Shown here piece by piece: positions 51,195 to 64,000 of a stretch of 64,000 bases of DNA. How positions within the stretch are numbered: position 1 is the stretch's first letter; each line of letters begins with the position of its first letter. Made by a program: the position numbers and the translations under genes. This DNA comes from Macrostomum lignano (lineage: Eukaryota). The notes beneath the pieces were generated by a model. It was given only the letters and a program-made list of their open reading frames with translations. It had not been told where the DNA came from and searched no databases. The stretch covers positions 7,440-71,439 of the forward strand of contig NIVC01003028.1 of the NCBI GenBank assembly GCA_002269645.1, read 5' to 3'.

Positions 51195-52002
51195 GCATTA
51201 GTAAAAATCCCCTATACAATTTATCCGATTTCGTCCTGCTAGTCAATTTCGCGAATTGTCTATTGAGTATTTCATATTCTGATCAACAAATTCGTGACCT
51301 CTCTCTCTCTCTCTCAATGTTAATGAGTTTCTCAAAAAAATTAGACACTGCTTTTTTACGATGAGGCACGAGAATGCACAAATACAGTTGTGTAGCATAT
51401 TTGGCATCGCGCTTCAATGCTTGCGTCAAATTAATTATTTATAGCATAATTCATTGTATAATCCTGAATACGACACGTTCATGAAGAAATTTAGAAAGCA
51501 GAAATGTGTTTGTTTCCGAGAAATTTCTGCGCGAGTCTTTTTTTGCCAAGCATTCAAGAGATCCAGTGAGGGAGTTTCTTGTGAACAAAAATCGCTTTGA
51601 GATCTCCCTTTCATTCCAGAACGCCTCGGTGAGGCGCCGGCCACTCGGCCGGCATGAGGGCTCCGCCAGATTGCGAAGCAGTCTCTCTCTTTACACGTTT
51701 CCTTTAGTCCTGCCAAACCCGTCTCAGGTTCCCTTGAGAAATTGATGGAATGGGACGGAGAGGGAGAGGCGCCCGGCCTGTTCCACGGCAGAGGGGGCCG
51801 AGAGTCGCGGGACTTCAGCCCTCGAATTTCCAGCATCCTCCCTCAGCGCCCACGCCTCATCTGTCCCGAGGGCACACGATGGAGCGAAGCGAAAGCCCAA
51901 CATACGGACGGGATACAAACTGGGTGGGATTAGTGGTTTCGCTTTTCCTGTGTGCTTGAGGTTGCCACGGGCACAAAGACAAAAGTTCCGCAGCAGCCCT
52001 GA

Positions 52003-53968
<1,966 letters not shown>

Positions 53969-54837
53969 ATCCATGATATCGCTTTATCCGCATTTTACTG
54001 TGATCTATCATTTATCAGAAATTTCAGAAACATCAGAAAAGGCTATGCTTTGCAATCTGTCAAAAAAGATGCCAGCTATAAATCATCCGCAATGCCTCTC
54101 AGGTCTCCGGCCCCATCAAAACCAGAGGGGCGGAGCACTAAGGGGTCGCAGCGAGGCTGAGGCCGGGCACAAAAATCGAGTTAGCAATGCAAAGCGCAAC
54201 GCCTTCTAGCTCACGAGGCTCGGCCTAAATACGAGTAAGAAGCTGCGAGCGCCTTCGCCTTCATCATCTACTTTGCCCCCCCCTCTCCCCTGTTCTCAGC
54301 ATCCCTTCAGTGCCCATTATTTCTCTAATTATACTATAGGCCGCTCCCCACGTGGCCCCTCTGTTGCTAAGGCAGATGAAGCAAAGCAGATTTTCTCCCG
54401 AGTTAGAAAAAAATAAAGTTGCGGAAGCAAGCGCTGAAGGCTCCTCCAAGGTGGAGGGCCTGGCGGGGAGCGGCACCCGATCCTAAGCCGATTAGCCAAG
54501 AATTCTTTGCGAAAAGACTGCTTAAATTCTTCCTCACAAATTGGAACTCTTTGAAACTGATTTGCTAAATTTAAATGGTTCGAGACTGTACACCCTGTGT
54601 GAGCGTCTGCGTGCCTGCCTACAGTATTGGCGCTTGTACGCTTTTATGTGATCAGAAGTCAGCGTAAAGGGCTGTGGGACGATGTCATCGCAGTCGTTGC
54701 GCCAGGGTGCCCCCACAGCCGTCTTGCAATTATTATTTTATTATTAAACATCTTTCAGCCTACTTCCAGTAGGAAGCAAGGAATATACTTTAAAGGAAGG
54801 AGCCTGACCTCAATTTTCAAGGAATGCATGTAGAACA

Positions 54838-55133
54838 GGGGTTGCAGCCTAGTGGTTAGAGCGTCGGACTAGCGATTTGAAGGTCGGGGGTTCGATTCCC
54901 GATCCACTGGAAAAAATAGTGTCCTTGAGCAAGACACTTAACTCTGCATTGCTTCAGTTCACCCAGATGTAAAATGGGTGCCAGCATTAGCTGGGTAATT
55001 GAGGGTGTGTGGCGACCCCCAGTCCTTGGACTGAACAGCCGTACGCAGCCTTCAGATGCGCCGCGCAATAGCTGCGGCTGAGCTGTCGGTTGCACAGCTG
55101 GCCCAAATAGGGCAGGTGTAATCAATTATTATC
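54838..55133 (+). mobile_element. tRNA-derived CORE-type SINE, copy 2
   Basis: Collinear with the reverse complement of 27728-28033 (A/B boxes, CORE-like block, shared 3' region, TTATTAT tail). Confidence 0.85.
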
Positions 55134-55714
55134 AAATGTAGAAAGCTAATTTTTTCGCAATTTAATCGTTAAACGTGCGAAGCTTGGTGCAAAATAAAAA
55201 TATTAGGTATATATTCCAGTTTTAAAGTTACTGCTGTCCTCTTATTGACCACAAATATGAATATACACATTAACTTCAGAGCATTACGCCTACAAAAAAC
55301 AAACAGGCCTTGACAACGGGCTTGCCAGTCCTCATAAACCATTGAGTTGCTCTGTCAATGCTGCCTTAAATAGGAGCAATTATTGCACAACTGTTTCAGT
55401 TGTCAACAAGATAATTAGCTAATTAGCTAGTTAGAACACTTTGTTATGCAGAATTTTCCTGTCTCCAAAAGCTTCTAGCTAGCTTTAATTTTGATTAATA
55501 TTACACAGGAAAACAGCGTACCATTGCCATAATTACAGTCTGCAGATTTGCTCCGTAGAAAAGGTTGGAAATCAGATGGAAGGCGAGGGCTGCCGACAGT
55601 CGGGACTTTAGCCCAACTAAATTCTTTCTGCTTTCTTTATTTCTTACTTTCCTTTCTAACTTTCTCCATGTTAATCCGAGTGGCGACAACGGTGGTGGTG
55701 GGTGTCATGGGGTG

Positions 55715-56050
55715 TAGCTGGCGCCCCTTCTGTAACTGGCGCCACCTCTGTAGCTGGCGTCCCTCTGTAGCTGGCGCCCCCTCTGTAGCTGGCGCCCCTT
55801 CTGTAGCTGGCGCCCCTTCTGTAGCTGGCGCCACCTCTGTAGCTGGCGTCCCTATTTACCTCGCGACCTTTCTGTAGCTGGCGCCCTCTGTAGCTGGCGC
55901 CCCTTCTGTAGCTGGCGCCACCTCTGTAGCTGGCGTCCCTCTGTAGCTGGCGCCCCTTCTGTAGCTGGCGCCCCTTCTGTAGCTGGCGCCCCCTCTGTAG
56001 CTGGTGTCCCTCTTTACCTGGCGACCTTTCTGTAGCTGGCGCCCCGCCTG
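55715..56050. repeat. ~18-bp minisatellite (TGTAGCTGGCGCCCCTTC)n
   Basis: Direct reading. Confidence 0.92.
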
Positions 56051-56545
56051 AAGGTAGGCGGGTAAAAGGCGTAGCGTATTGTAGACCAGAACACAAAGGA
56101 AAATTACTCGATCTGTCTATTGACTTGATTGCGCATAACTCAATTAGATGTATTTGCACAGAGTTTCTGTCACAAATTGCCTCTAGATGGTTGCTAGGTT
56201 ACAAGGCATAACAATAGGGCTCATGACTGCCTCTGTTGTACTACGTACACTGTGAGGCCTGCACAGCCCAACTGGTCGACTGTTTGACAGCCAATAACCC
56301 CAGAATCCAATTAGTCGGTGCCCAGTTATTGACTTATCCGCAGCTGCCATGCATGGCCCAAACATGGCCTAATTGGCTGAGCATCGCGGTGGATAGGGGG
56401 AGAGAAATGGGAGCAGAATGTAACGATACAGACTGCGATCCAGTATTTCAGTCACGAAAAAGACTGCGCATACTCCAAGATTGAATTCGAGAAAACTGAT
56501 ACCCAATACATAGGAAATTGAAAGTTATCGAAGCAGCGACAGGCA

Positions 56546-58670
56546 ATGAAACCACAGACACCACCAAATAGCGAAAATGAAGGAGACAATTTCTTTGGTT
56601 TTGAGCTGTCCAGCCGCCTGACTGAGTGCGTGCGGTGCGATGACGTGCAGCGGATGCTGGCGGTGCTGTCTGCAGCTGGCCTCGGACCCGAACACCTCAG
56701 CGGCCATCTAAGCACCGACGCTGAGATGCAGCGATCGACTGGCTGCTGGACGAGATCCTCATCGGGCCGCACTTCATCTGCTCACGCTGCAGCGTCAGCT
56801 TCAGCACAATCGTTCACCTCAGCGTGTTCAGGCAGAGCTCACGGGTGCTGAGCTTCATCTCTGCTGAACAGCCTCACCTGCTCATGATGCGAGACGATTC
56901 TGGCTCAGGTGTGCTGCACTGTCTGGCGGAGGCGAGCGTGCTGCTCCGGCGGAAGAGTGCTACCGGCGGAAACACTCGCCTCTCGGAGCAGTTCGACGCG
57001 TTCCAGACTCGACTGCTCTCCATGCTGAGCGACGTCGAGAGTCCGTACTCGGAGCAGCAGTGAGTCCGATATTGTGACTCATGTGTGAGTGAGCTCGAGC
57101 ACTGTCTCGCAGCTAGTCATGCAGTCTCGCTCCGTTTCAGATCTGCATCGAGTCTGCTGCACTCGCTGTGTCTCATGGAGAACTCGGACGGACTGAGACC
57201 GCTGGAGTTATCTGTTCTCATCGGAGCATACTCCACATTTCAGTGCATCCTGCACGTAAAAGGCTACATTCTCAGTAAGCAGGTGAGTCACGGCATTCGA
57301 GTTCGCAACACGTTTGACCTGCGGGAGTACGATCTGATGAAGGGTGAGCGGAGGGACAAGAATCCCATGCTCATGCTCACTCTGATCTCGGCGTCGGAGG
57401 CGGATCCACTGTCGGAGTCGGGACTGCTCGAGTGTCCCGTCATCAAGAAGTGGATGAAAGCAATTTTCTTTGACATGCGCGGCACTGTGATGCTGAAAAG
57501 CATGTTTCTACCAACAATAGTGACCTATATGAGTCCTCTGACTCCGTTCATAGTTGCGGTGGCCAGCTTTGTCCAATTCGGTCACTACCTGCAGGTTGGA
57601 TATCGGGAACACATTGGCTACTTGAGGTCGCAACTGCCCAGAGGTGGCTTCGGTGCCTCAAATACCAGTGCTCAAGAGCTCGCGGTGGATTTTGTGCGGT
57701 CCAGTTGCTCCTCCCTGCAAATTCTGGCTTTCCTCTCCAACAGGTCCAATCCAGACAACAACGCCGTGGTCTGTGTTTCCCCCGTTTTTTTCAACGATGT
57801 GAAGCGCTACGAGATGTTTCGGCTACCTCTCCTGATTCCGTTGATAGTTTTGGGTATCTGCTAGTTCAGGCTGTCATCATTGTGCACCGGACAAGGATAG
57901 TCCTCCGCAGTCCCCGATGGATGCCTCGCAGATCGAATTATCTCGTGCAGAGTCGTTTCTATGACAACGTGTTCATAATGAGCTTCATCAGTGGCCTGGT
58001 GTATGTCAGTAGCACTTTGGTTATGCTCTGGATGCTGGACTGTTCAGACTATGTGCTGGAGCCTGCTACTGAAAACTACCGACTGCAAGTATTGTCAAGT
58101 GTCTCAGAGTGCTCCGCTGTACTATTCATTTTCTTCAATCTGTTCAGCATCATTGAAGTGTACGAGATGATACTTAAACACGTGGCCTTCTTAGCCATAT
58201 GCTTTCGCTGGATGTTGGCCAAGTTTTTAAACTCCATTCCACTGCTGTTTATCTGGGCCTACCTGGTGTTTGGCACCCTTCTGTACCTTGCCGACGTTAA
58301 TGGTACCGATTTTCAATCGCATTTCGCAGTATTCTACTCACCGATGCTGTTGATTGTCAACCTGCTCCAGCTGTCGCCAAGGCTGTCTGTAATGATTTTG
58401 CACACTCTATTCGCTCTCATCGTGACCATTAACATCCAGAACCTACTCATTGCCTACATTTTGCATGCGTTCAGTCACGTGGCAGTCAATTTCGAATTGA
58501 TCTACCAGCTATCCAGCCTTAACTGCTCCTTCAAGGCGTGGAAGTTCTATTGGTTTCTGACTCGAATGCTCCGCTACTGGGCAAAGGAGGAGCAGGAGCC
58601 AAGGTACGTCCTGACCGTTTGCAGCTTGCGGCCACCTCGCAGCCGATTTTTTGACACGAACCGAAGCTGA
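56546..58670 (+). CDS. TRPV-like cation channel, paralogue A (intron 57060-57140; apparent frameshifts at ~56725 and ~57853)
   Basis: ENSDGLRPLELSVLIGAYSTFQCIL...NTFDLREYD matches the TRPV last-ankyrin/linker pattern (NxxGLTPLxLA..G..F..IL...YDL..D). About six TM segments follow, with an S6-like IVTINIQNLLIAY. The TGA after SEQQ lies in a GTGAGT donor of an in-phase 81-nt intron. Confidence 0.72.
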
Positions 58671-59957
58671 AGCGGAATAATTTTGGAAATCAGCCCAGTC
58701 TTAAACTGCATGCATCGGTCATTTTTACAGCTAACAGATGAAAATGCGATGAAAAACATATGCGGCATCTTCAATCTTTAACCTTTTATTCTGAATTATA
58801 GTATGAATACTTACACTAAAGTCAGTTAGCCGATGAAGAGGACTCCAACTACTATAGCTATGTAAGTGGTATAAAATAAAAAAAAATAAGGGCGTAATGT
58901 TTGCTAAGAGTAATAACTTGGAAAATACACAAATATTTCTGATTACTTCAGTACATGATAAGCAATGCATTTCGACTTGTCTATAATGGCAAGAGGTTTT
59001 AAATTTATTTTTTCAAGAAGGCAACTTGGCCCGATTGGTTTTGGATAACACGCGACCTAGAGAGAAAAAAACTATTCATAACGTTTCCGCTTGAGTATAA
59101 AACGATTAAATCTACGGGCTCTACATGTATATTTATTTATTTAAATCACTAGTAAATTTCTTCTCTTTCGTGTAATCTTAAAACCTTAGAACCTTAGAAA
59201 ATTTATGGCTTATTTTCATCTCCATGCACGCTACCTTATGTTACTTAGAGTTTTTTGCACTTATTAGTATTATTATTAATATAATATTTTTGATATATTT
59301 TTCATAGGCACAGTGAAGTGTACATGCCTAACAATAAATAAAGTCAGGGCCGCTGTACACTCCTGTGTGAGTGTGTGCCTGTGCGTATGACTGCGTACGT
59401 ATCCGCGCGCTTGTGTGCCTGCTCAGGGGAGTCGGCGGAATGGGCAGCAATGCCTCTCGCCGGTTGTGTGACAATGTCGCTTACTGCCTCTAATAAAAAC
59501 GGTAAATGCCCGTTCGATGCAATGTATCCTACAAAAATAGAAAAATTTGTTTAAAGAACACTAAGACTTACTTATCCTGCTTCTGCTTTGTAATAAGCAA
59601 AATGAGGCCTTCAAACGATTTTCAATTATCTGGCATCCCCTGCTACAACCAATGGTCCATAGAACCAGCCAAAAAGTCGATAAGACTAGTTAAGGTTGTA
59701 AAAAGAATGCTTAAATTTACTACTCAAATTATTGATAACACACTGAGCAAGCAGTGTGTTATCAATAATTCTCAGAAATGTAATTAAGTCGATAACGCTT
59801 CCTGGATGGCTGTGCCAACTCTGTGTGAATCGACGAGTAGAGAGCGACTCAACAAACATTTGCACTTCGGAAGCAAGAGGCAATCATTTATAAAGAGAGG
59901 TGGGCGGTAGCTGAAATGTAGTCAAGGGATACTCTTGAGTGCTCAGTATCCAAGACC

Positions 59958-62171
59958 ATGCCTCAAGAAGATTCAGGATTTGTCTTCGACCCTGAGCTGT
60001 CTAATCGCCTGACGGAGTGCCTGCGGTGCGATGACGTGCAGCGGATGCTGGCGGTGCTGTCTGCAGCTGGCCTCGGACCCGAACACCTCAGCGGCCATCT
60101 AAGCACCGACGCTGAGATGCAGCGATCGACTGGCTGCTGGACGAGATCCTCATCGGGCCGCACTTCATCTGCTCAGCGCTGCAGCGTCAGCTTCAGCACA
60201 ATCGTTCACCTCAGCGTGCTCAGGCAGAGCTCACGGGTGCTGAGCTTCATCTCTGCTGAACAGCCTCACCTGCTCATGATGCGAGACGATTCTGGCTCAG
60301 GTGTTCTGCACTGTCTGGCGGAGGCGAGCGTGCTGCTCCGGCGGAAGAGTGCTACCGGCGGAAACACTCGCCTCTCGGAGCAGTTCGACGCGTTCCAGAC
60401 TCGACTGCTCTCCATGCTAAGCGACGTCGAGAGTCCGTACTCGGAGCAGCAGTGAGTCCGATATTGTGTCTCATGTGTGAGTGAGCTCGAGCACTGTCTC
60501 GCAGCTGGTCATGCAGTCTCGCTCCGTTTCAGATCTGCATCGAGTCTGCTGCACTCGCTGTGTCTCATGGAGAACTCGGACGGACTGAGACCGCTGGAGT
60601 TATCTGTTCTCATCGGAGCATACTCCACATTTCAGTGCATCCTGCACGTAAAAGGCTACATTCTCAGTAAGCAGGTGAGTCACGGCATTCGAGTTCGCAA
60701 CACGTTTGACCTGCGGAGTACGATCTGATGAAGGGTGAGCGGAGGGACAAGAATCCCATGCTCATGCTCACTCTGATCTCGGCGTCGGAGGCGGATCCAC
60801 TGTCGGAGTCGGGACTGCTCGAGTGTCCTGTTATCAAGAAGTGGATGAAAGCAGTTGTTAGCGAGATGTCCTGCGCCATGTACATGCACAGAGCAGCCAT
60901 TGTCATATTCACTTTGATCTTCTCTCCCATTACATTTTCGTTCGGGACCATATCCGCGATGCTGTGCGGCGGCTACCAGCTTCAGTTGGGGTTCTCCGAG
61001 TTCACCCAATATATGCGGTCGCTGATTAATGGCTCGCTGTCCAACGGGTCCTCAACCGAGGAATTCATTCGGCATGGCTGCCAGCCAGAAAACCTATTCC
61101 GCTTCCTGATCACGGATCTAAATCCCGCGAACAGCCGTGTGCTGCTCCGGTCTCCAGTTTTCTTTACGCGGGTCACCCGGTCCAACATCATTGCAAATCT
61201 CATCAGCGTCCTGATCCTCTTAGCAATATTTCAGGCCTTTAGACTGGTCACCATTGTTTACAACGTTGTCAAAGATCGACAGTTCTATTCATCCCGATGG
61301 ATGCCTGCCTCCAAGTCCGATTTTGTAGTTCAGTCGCACTTCTATGACGCAGTGTACGCGCTGTGCTTTGCAACGGGTCTGATCTATATAGTCTTGGCCA
61401 GCTTGTTGAGCAGATTCCTAGACTGCTCAGCTCTTGTCCTGGGCATTTCCAGCGGCACTTTCTGGCTGTCGGTGCTAACGCAGTCCGCTGAGTGCTCGGC
61501 TGTTTTGTACTTCTTCTTCAACATGTTCGGCCTATTTGAGGCCTACGAAATGGCAGTGAAGCAGGCGGCTTTTCTCAGCATCTGCTTCCGGAAGATGTTG
61601 GTGAACTTCCTGCTGGTACTGCCGCTGCTGCTAGTCTGGGCCTACCTGGTGTTCGGCACCCTGCTCTACATGACAGACTTTCGAGGCCAGGAGTTTCAGC
61701 TCGCATCGTCACGTGCTGTACTCCCCGCTTCGGCTGATTATTAACACGGCCAACCTGCCGCACCGGCTGTCTACCAGCCTTCTGCACACGCTGTTCGTTA
61801 TCAGCGTGAGCATCAGCGTGCAGAACTTCATCATTGGCTACATTGTGAGCGCGTTCAAAGAGGTTTCGTCAAAATTTGACATTGTATACCATTTGAGCGG
61901 CTTGGATGCCGCCTTGCGCACCTGGCGTCTCTACCCGGGTCTGCTCAGGGTGGTGCATCTGTGCAAGAGTAGCCGGAGTCCATTCTGTAAGAGACCGAGC
62001 AGCACTGCAATCCGGGTGTGGAATCTTCGACAACGGCCGGATAAGATAGTAGATATTAAAGTGGTTTTTTGTGGTTTTTTATGCAATTCCTTTCTTCCTT
62101 TTTCGACCAGCATGACTGCTGTGTTCTTTGAAGATTTACCAAGAGAATGGCGTGTTCCGTTCATCAACTAA
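59958..62171 (+). CDS. TRPV-like cation channel, paralogue B (intron 60452-60532; apparent frameshifts at ~60715 and ~61700)
   Basis: Same N-terminal region as paralogue A; diverged TM region with S6-like ISVSISVQNFIIGY. Confidence 0.72.
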
Positions 62172-63060
62172 GCTCGCAGTGCCATGAAAAATGCATTGTG
62201 CATTCATGTAACCCATCAATGTTAACTTTAGCTCGTACCGACCTATTGATATCGTTGAAATTTCTGTAAGACCGACCGTCTGATCATTTTTTCCAGCCGT
62301 TCTACAATAAATATTTGAGATGAATCGATTGTATCGTGACGATAACTTTGCTTTAATAAAATGAAAAAACTATATTATCCAAGAGTACTTATCGGTAGAC
62401 ATTACGGCACTACTTTCAATAGAGTGTGCAGTGTATTTACAGAAATCTATAAACGCAAAGCATATAGCAGCAGGGTTAGATAAGTCCGGATTTTGCCACC
62501 AAATGTAGGCGTAACCGAGAAAACGAGTCGCAAGCGCATGCCCTTTAAAATAATTGCTTTTTCATAGCGGATAGAGGGATCGCGGCGTAATTATAAGTAA
62601 TAATTGATGGATAAGTATTTATGCGTATAGCATTATAGAAGTTTGCACGCAAGAGATATATAAACACTTATTAGCATCGATTTAGTGGTGGTTTCGCTAC
62701 CTCTGTCGCAACTTTGCGACCAACCAGAGACAGAGACGCGAGCAGAAGTACATGATAAGGTCATTGTCTGCGTTGCTTTGGAGTGACTGCAGCGAAACAA
62801 GCGCTGAGACACTGCCCGGGAGGGGAAATAGAATCTGAGTTGCTAGACAAACGTATAACAAGTGTCGAATGAGAAAGGATATTACACAGGCGGGAACTGG
62901 TTTTGCATTGACAGACAAATTCATTGCTTTTCGCGGTAGCTCGGTTTGCTGCTTAATGTTTAACGGTCGATTTTTGAAACGCGCTGGCTTGCTTTTCTGA
63001 CGAGTCAGTTTCTAGCACTTGCTTTAGAGTGTTTTAAGAGGAGTAACGCGGCCCTTTAAA

Positions 63061-63300
63061 GTGAGTTCCACCGGGGTGCCAGTGTCGAACAGTGTCAGTG
63101 TGTCTACCAGGGTGCCAGTGTCGAACAGTGTCAGTGTGTCCACCGGGGTGTCAGTGTGTCTACCAGGGTGTCAGTGTGTCTACCAGGGTGTTTGTGTCTA
63201 TCAGAGTGTCAGTGCCTCTACCGGGCATGTCAGAATCTCTTCTGGAGTGTCAGCGCATCCACAGGAGTGTCAGTGCATCGGAAGGAGTGTCAGCGTCTCA
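63061..63300. repeat. Degenerate ~20-bp repeat (GTGTCAGTGTGTCTACCAGG-like)
   Basis: GTGTCAGTG recurs. Confidence 0.75.
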
Positions 63301-63537
63301 CAAGTGTTGGATAGATACATGGGTACAGATTTTCCGGGACCAAAATGGGATACCAAAGGTCGCAGTCTCTCTAGAGTCTGACACCCGATCGATATTTTCA
63401 GCTTGGCTTCCCCTATGGATTCCCTTCTGAGCAGCAAATCAAAGAAGCAGCAGCTTCCTCTGCGCGGATTCTGCTAGGAAGAATAATCGATTGATTCGCG
63501 GTCGAGCGTCAAGAGCAAATGCCGCCCTGCGGATGGA

Positions 63538-63786
63538 CTACAAGCGAGGATCCTTCAGGTCCACGCCTTGGTGGTGCATGTCCTCCTGCTTGAAGCTGCC
63601 CAGCTGCTCCATGTGGCCCATCAGCATGGCTCCATGATGGTGCAGGCCGTGATGATGCTGCTGGTGAAGCTGATGGTGAGCCATGGCTGGACTGACTGAC
63701 TCGGCTGACACGTTGTCCTCGGATGACCTTGTCCTGGTCTGCAGCTTCTTCTTCTTCATTCGACGGTTTTGAAACCAGACTTTCAC
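63538..63786 (-). CDS. Post2: Posterior Hox gene Post-2, last coding exon (helix 3 and His-rich C-terminus)
   Basis: After acceptor ccgctcactcgcccgcAG the exon reads [16 protein letters not shown]...HHQLHQQHHH...[11 protein letters not shown]-basic-KKL is the Post-2 helix-3 signature, and the intron falls between homeodomain residues 44 and 45. The rest of the gene lies beyond the window end. Confidence 0.8.
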   Translation of the reverse strand: MKVWFQNRRMKKKKLQTRTRSSEDNVSAESVSPAMAHHQLHQQHHHGLHHHGAMLMGHMEQLGSFKQEDMHHQGVDLKDPRL

Positions 63787-64000
63787 CTGCGGGCGAGTGA
63801 GCGGACAATCTCCATCATAGTGAGTCTGGCGGACTTTTAGGACATTCACATGATAAAAAAGTGTTCTTTTTAATAAAAGGTTCGCAATCAAAACAGGATA
63901 GATCTACTGGGTATTGTGAGACAGACTTTTAAGGATTCTACTCTCATCGCCACTACAAGTAGTTGACCAACCCTTACGAAAGGGTAGCGATAGGGTCAGA

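Noticed and set aside
54838-54910. tRNA genes at 54838 and ~28033
   Set aside because: The anticodon arms differ between copies and pair poorly, and both continue into a shared non-tRNA body and tail, so they are SINE heads.
57061-57063. Premature TGA in both TRPV-like genes (also 60453-60455)
   Set aside because: Lies inside a GTGAGT donor of an in-phase 81-nt GT-AG intron.

Overview
Eukaryotic (spiralian) genomic DNA. GC-rich coding exons sit in AT-rich spacer, and by my hand tally of array lengths about a third of the window is micro/minisatellite. The gene content and repeat style suggest a free-living flatworm such as Macrostomum (inference only). Genes: (1) the 3' part of PMS2; (2) a peptide-receptor-like class A GPCR; (3) a two-exon, divergent Lox4/Lox2-type Hox gene whose homeobox exon is missing from the ORF track; (4) a probable three-exon ~1,130-aa gene ending in a degenerate Mab-21/cGAS-like domain; (5) an orphan 7TM receptor; (6) two tandem TRPV-like channel genes sharing an 832-bp near-identical tract; (7) the last exon of a Post-2 Hox gene. 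The two Hox genes are on the same strand, ~41 kb apart, in canonical cluster order, with non-Hox genes and satellites between them. Mobile elements: two tRNA-derived CORE-type SINEs, a decayed RTE-like LINE with a (TTG)n tail, and a 242-bp solo LTR with a perfect 5-bp target-site duplication inside a satellite. Several frameshifts are single-G losses in G-runs and may be assembly errors. All splice models and family calls were made by eye; no searches were run.
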